Part shown: positions 36,800 to 39,636 of the stretch, piece after piece
Layout: each line of letters begins with the position of its first letter
How positions within the stretch are numbered: the first letter of the stretch is position 1
Assembly (NCBI GenBank): GCA_040880105.1
Contig: JBBDJA010000007.1
Location: forward strand, 1-39,636
From: Waddliaceae bacterium
GTDB lineage: Bacteria > Chlamydiota > Chlamydiia > Chlamydiales > SLOH01
Reading direction: 5' to 3'
DNA length: 39,636 nucleotides
Position numbers and translations under genes: made by a program
Notes under the pieces: model-generated
Seen by the model: the letters and a program-made list of their open reading frames with translations, nothing else
Told to the model about the DNA's origin: nothing
Database searches by the model: none

Positions 36800-39040
36800 A
36801 TGACAATTCATAAGATCGATCCGGGTGGATCCTATGTTCAAGACGAGCCCATATGCAAGGTAGATGAACTGCGTCGACAAAAAGCAATAGAGCTCTATAT
36901 TGATTTCCATGCCTTTGTCATTTTTAAACCGATCCATTGGTTATATGAAAACGTTCCAAAAATGATACATTGGAAACAGAATCAAGTGGTAAAACGAGAC
37001 GCTTTAAAACGCGCCTTAATTTCGCATCCCGATCACTTGTATTTCAACCGCAAATTTGCAGATTTTTTTAAGGAAATGTTTGTTAATTTAGGCTCCGAAG
37101 CCTTTCAAGCAATCCCCGAGCTCCTAAAGCCAACGATAAAATATAAGCTTGGACTCTCTCTCAGATATATTGATTATAAAGCAGAAAAATACACTCATTA
37201 CAAACGTAAATTTTGCAATTCAGAGCTCTTTTCTGAACTCATAAGGCACTATAAACATGGGTGTAGCTATGCCGCCAAATCCCTTTTAGGATCGGATATT
37301 ATTCACTTAATTTTTGAGCGATTGTTCATGCAAATGTCACTTAAAATCGTAAACCACAAGCCTATCCCCGGAAAGTCTCAATATCCTGCCGTTCTTATTC
37401 GGGCTTTTGCAAAATCTCTGCTTATGCACGAAAGGATTAGCCAAGACCCAATACCAAAGGGCATCAGTCAAGAGGAAAAAATTATTCTAAAACTTGAACG
37501 TCTAAAAGATCTTGGGGTTCTTTCCGCCGGACTTCCTGACCCAACCCTTTTGCCCTTAACAAAGGAAAATCTTTATATACACTTAGATCATGCTATGTAT
37601 GCGCTTCTGGAAAAACTTTGCGATGAATGGCTCAACATTCTAATACCTGTCTCTCGTCTAGACGGCGTCGCCAAAGCGTTTTATCTACTCGAAGGAAAAG
37701 ACTTATTTAACACTGCTTTACGCCACCTGATTGGAGAGCTTGTAATCAAGACCTACACGAACCCAACAGAGATTATTTTATCTGTCGTGTATGCATTTGG
37801 TGTGGAAACTGCCGAATTTGAAGCGGAAGGCTTTGGAAAGGGAAGTCTTCCCCTCATCATGCAAACGGCAAAAAAGCTTCTAGAAAAGCACCTAGAAAGC
37901 GCATCGACTAGTCAGATGGAGGCAATATTTGCAGAAAAAATGCCGAAATATGGACTTGGAGGGAGAGCCAAAATCTACCAAATACAACAGCTTAAAAGGA
38001 CCTTTTGTCGTCTTATTTCCAATCTCTTTCATCGCGCTATCAAAAACGAGAAGTTTGATTTCGAAGAATCCAATTATAAAGCATTTCGAAATACCACGAA
38101 AAAAATCCCAATTCTTGGAGAGTTAATCACAGGAATCCATTTGGTCGCTAAAGGTGTATTCGAAACGCTAAAAGCGCCGTTTCAAGAAAAGCCACTCATG
38201 CAAACGCTTTTTGAAAGTCTCTCCGGAAAAGATCTCGCTAACCATCTGACAAAGACTCTATTTGCACTTATTCATCAACCCACTTGGCGACTGATTGTAA
38301 TGGATGTCGTTTCAGAACTTTATACACACCTTTTAGAGGTTGAAGGATTTAGCCCCAAACGCCCAGTAATCCCGAAGCAAAGAATTAGAAACGACTGCGG
38401 AGACATTGCCCTATTTTTTCTAAAGAGTGCGTTTCCACGCTTTACCCCCCTAATGACTCCTTATAGAAATCAATTGGGCAAAACAGTGTATCGTTCGATT
38501 ATGGGAGAGGGGCCAAAGAACTTTCAAAAGCTTGTCGAGGACATTATAGAAAACTCCCTTCCTTCAATTAAAGAAGAAACGCTTACCACACGTCTGCTAA
38601 ATACCTTTCGGGTCTATGGGTTTAACCAAATAGGAGACGATCGATTCTGGAACCACTACATCCGCGAGCATCTTAACCGAAATGTCGAAGATCAATTAAA
38701 AAAAGGAGAATGGAGGCTTGCGCCTAGCTCTCAATCAGATCGTGAAGCGTACCATGCACATGCATCCAGTCACCATCGTCTCTCCTTTCTTGAATGGGAG
38801 AAAAAAAGCGCTTGGTGGCGTATCCGATATAGAGAGAAGTTTGTCGACTTATTGCTGCGTCTTAATAACCAAGAGCTATTAAAGCGCCTACTGAGCCTAC
38901 ATATTACCAAACAGGAAGGGCTTGTGTCATGGGAAATACTGCCTCTCCCCCCGCCATCTGAAATTTTGGAAGAAGAGGTAAAAATGGACAAGCCGTTTGA
39001 ATTTATCGAAATTTTTTATGACAATCCAAAAAAGCTTTAA
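36800..39040 (+). CDS. Large hypothetical protein (746 aa)
   Basis: Long uninterrupted ORF; no motif recognised. Confidence 0.7.
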   Translation: MTIHKIDPGGSYVQDEPICKVDELRRQKAIELYIDFHAFVIFKPIHWLYENVPKMIHWKQNQVVKRDALKRALISHPDHLYFNRKFADFFKEMFVNLGSEAFQAIPELLKPTIKYKLGLSLRYIDYKAEKYTHYKRKFCNSELFSELIRHYKHGCSYAAKSLLGSDIIHLIFERLFMQMSLKIVNHKPIPGKSQYPAVLIRAFAKSLLMHERISQDPIPKGISQEEKIILKLERLKDLGVLSAGLPDPTLLPLTKENLYIHLDHAMYALLEKLCDEWLNILIPVSRLDGVAKAFYLLEGKDLFNTALRHLIGELVIKTYTNPTEIILSVVYAFGVETAEFEAEGFGKGSLPLIMQTAKKLLEKHLESASTSQMEAIFAEKMPKYGLGGRAKIYQIQQLKRTFCRLISNLFHRAIKNEKFDFEESNYKAFRNTTKKIPILGELITGIHLVAKGVFETLKAPFQEKPLMQTLFESLSGKDLANHLTKTLFALIHQPTWRLIVMDVVSELYTHLLEVEGFSPKRPVIPKQRIRNDCGDIALFFLKSAFPRFTPLMTPYRNQLGKTVYRSIMGEGPKNFQKLVEDIIENSLPSIKEETLTTRLLNTFRVYGFNQIGDDRFWNHYIREHLNRNVEDQLKKGEWRLAPSSQSDREAYHAHASSHHRLSFLEWEKKSAWWRIRYREKFVDLLLRLNNQELLKRLLSLHITKQEGLVSWEILPLPPPSEILEEEVKMDKPFEFIEIFYDNPKKL

Positions 39041-39068
39041 ACAGTCTCATCCATACCTAATTGAGCAA

Positions 39069-39470
39069 TTATTGATATTGTTTTAATAAATCAGCAATTT
39101 CAGCATGATTCTTTTCCAGAGCAATATCTAAAGGAGTTAAGCCATTATCGTTCTTTAGATCTACCCTCGCTTTATAATTAATTAACAAGCGCACAGCATT
39201 AACATGCCCCCCTAAGACAGCCAAATGTAAAGGAGTCGAGCCACTATTATTATCAGCCATGTCCAGGATTTTCACAGATCTTTCCAATCTTTGAGGAGCG
39301 ACTTCATTTTCCTTTATTTCATGAGCGTCTTGTTGTTGGGGCGCAATGATTCGCTCAGCAGCCGCACCCACTCTTTCCGCATCTTCGTTGCGAACTGCGG
39401 GGGCATTCGGCATAACCTCGTTTGTAAAATCTCCGGAATACCTGTTATCACTTATGCTATTTGAAGCCAT
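39069..39470 (-). CDS. Small ankyrin-repeat protein with disordered N-terminus
   Basis: GSTPLHLAVLGGHVNAVRLLI and GLTPLDIALEKNHAEIADLL; RBS AGGTAGG. Confidence 0.85.
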   Translation of the reverse strand: MASNSISDNRYSGDFTNEVMPNAPAVRNEDAERVGAAAERIIAPQQQDAHEIKENEVAPQRLERSVKILDMADNNSGSTPLHLAVLGGHVNAVRLLINYKARVDLKNDNGLTPLDIALEKNHAEIADLLKQYQ

Positions 39471-39574
39471 ATCCTACCTACGTTTGTTTTTAAAAAAATT
39501 TTTCAAAGAAATTTACATTTGAGTGAATTAATTTCAATAAAAAATGATAGAAATTTAATTTTTGAGAATCCTAA

Positions 39575-39636
39575 GGAAGGTCTGATTAACGCAGGTTAAT
39601 TAAATTTTGCATGAATTTTTTCTAAAATTCGAAAAA
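39575..39636. mobile_element. MITE copy 9, truncated by the window end
   Basis: CTAA followed by GGAAGGTCTGATTAACGC...; 2 mismatches in 62 nt to copy 2 (4980). Confidence 0.9.

Noticed and set aside
1..39636. Autonomous transposase, integrase, tRNA or rRNA genes
   Set aside because: None recognisable in the ORF track or by reading the sequence

Overview
Chromosomal window from an environmental member of the Chlamydiota, inferred from the copN-scc1 type III secretion pair, a pc1599/Tsr3-like gene and many chlamydial-style hypothetical and effector-like genes. Housekeeping genes (ndh, rnpA, rpmH, uup, adk, sodC) sit among three acyl-CoA catabolic blocks: thiolase/3-hydroxyacyl-CoA dehydrogenase/crotonase plus prpBD; branched-chain 2-oxoacid dehydrogenase E1a/E1b/E2 plus a thioesterase; and acyl-CoA dehydrogenase/carboxyltransferase/split AtuA/crotonase/MBL hydrolase. 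Four features stand out. (1) A ~161-164 bp palindromic MITE family has IS5-like ends and 4-bp target duplications, with about 9 copies including one nested inside another. (2) A 2.3 kb MITE + FKBP-domain cassette is bracketed by a 137-bp direct repeat of the uup/E2 convergent overlap. (3) Two paralogous eukaryote-like kinase effector candidates are present, one with repeats rich in cyclin-docking/D-box-like and CDK-site motifs, next to a protein with a GADD34-like PP1-docking motif. (4) Several enzymes carry unexpected export signals. All calls come from reading motifs by eye; no database search was run.
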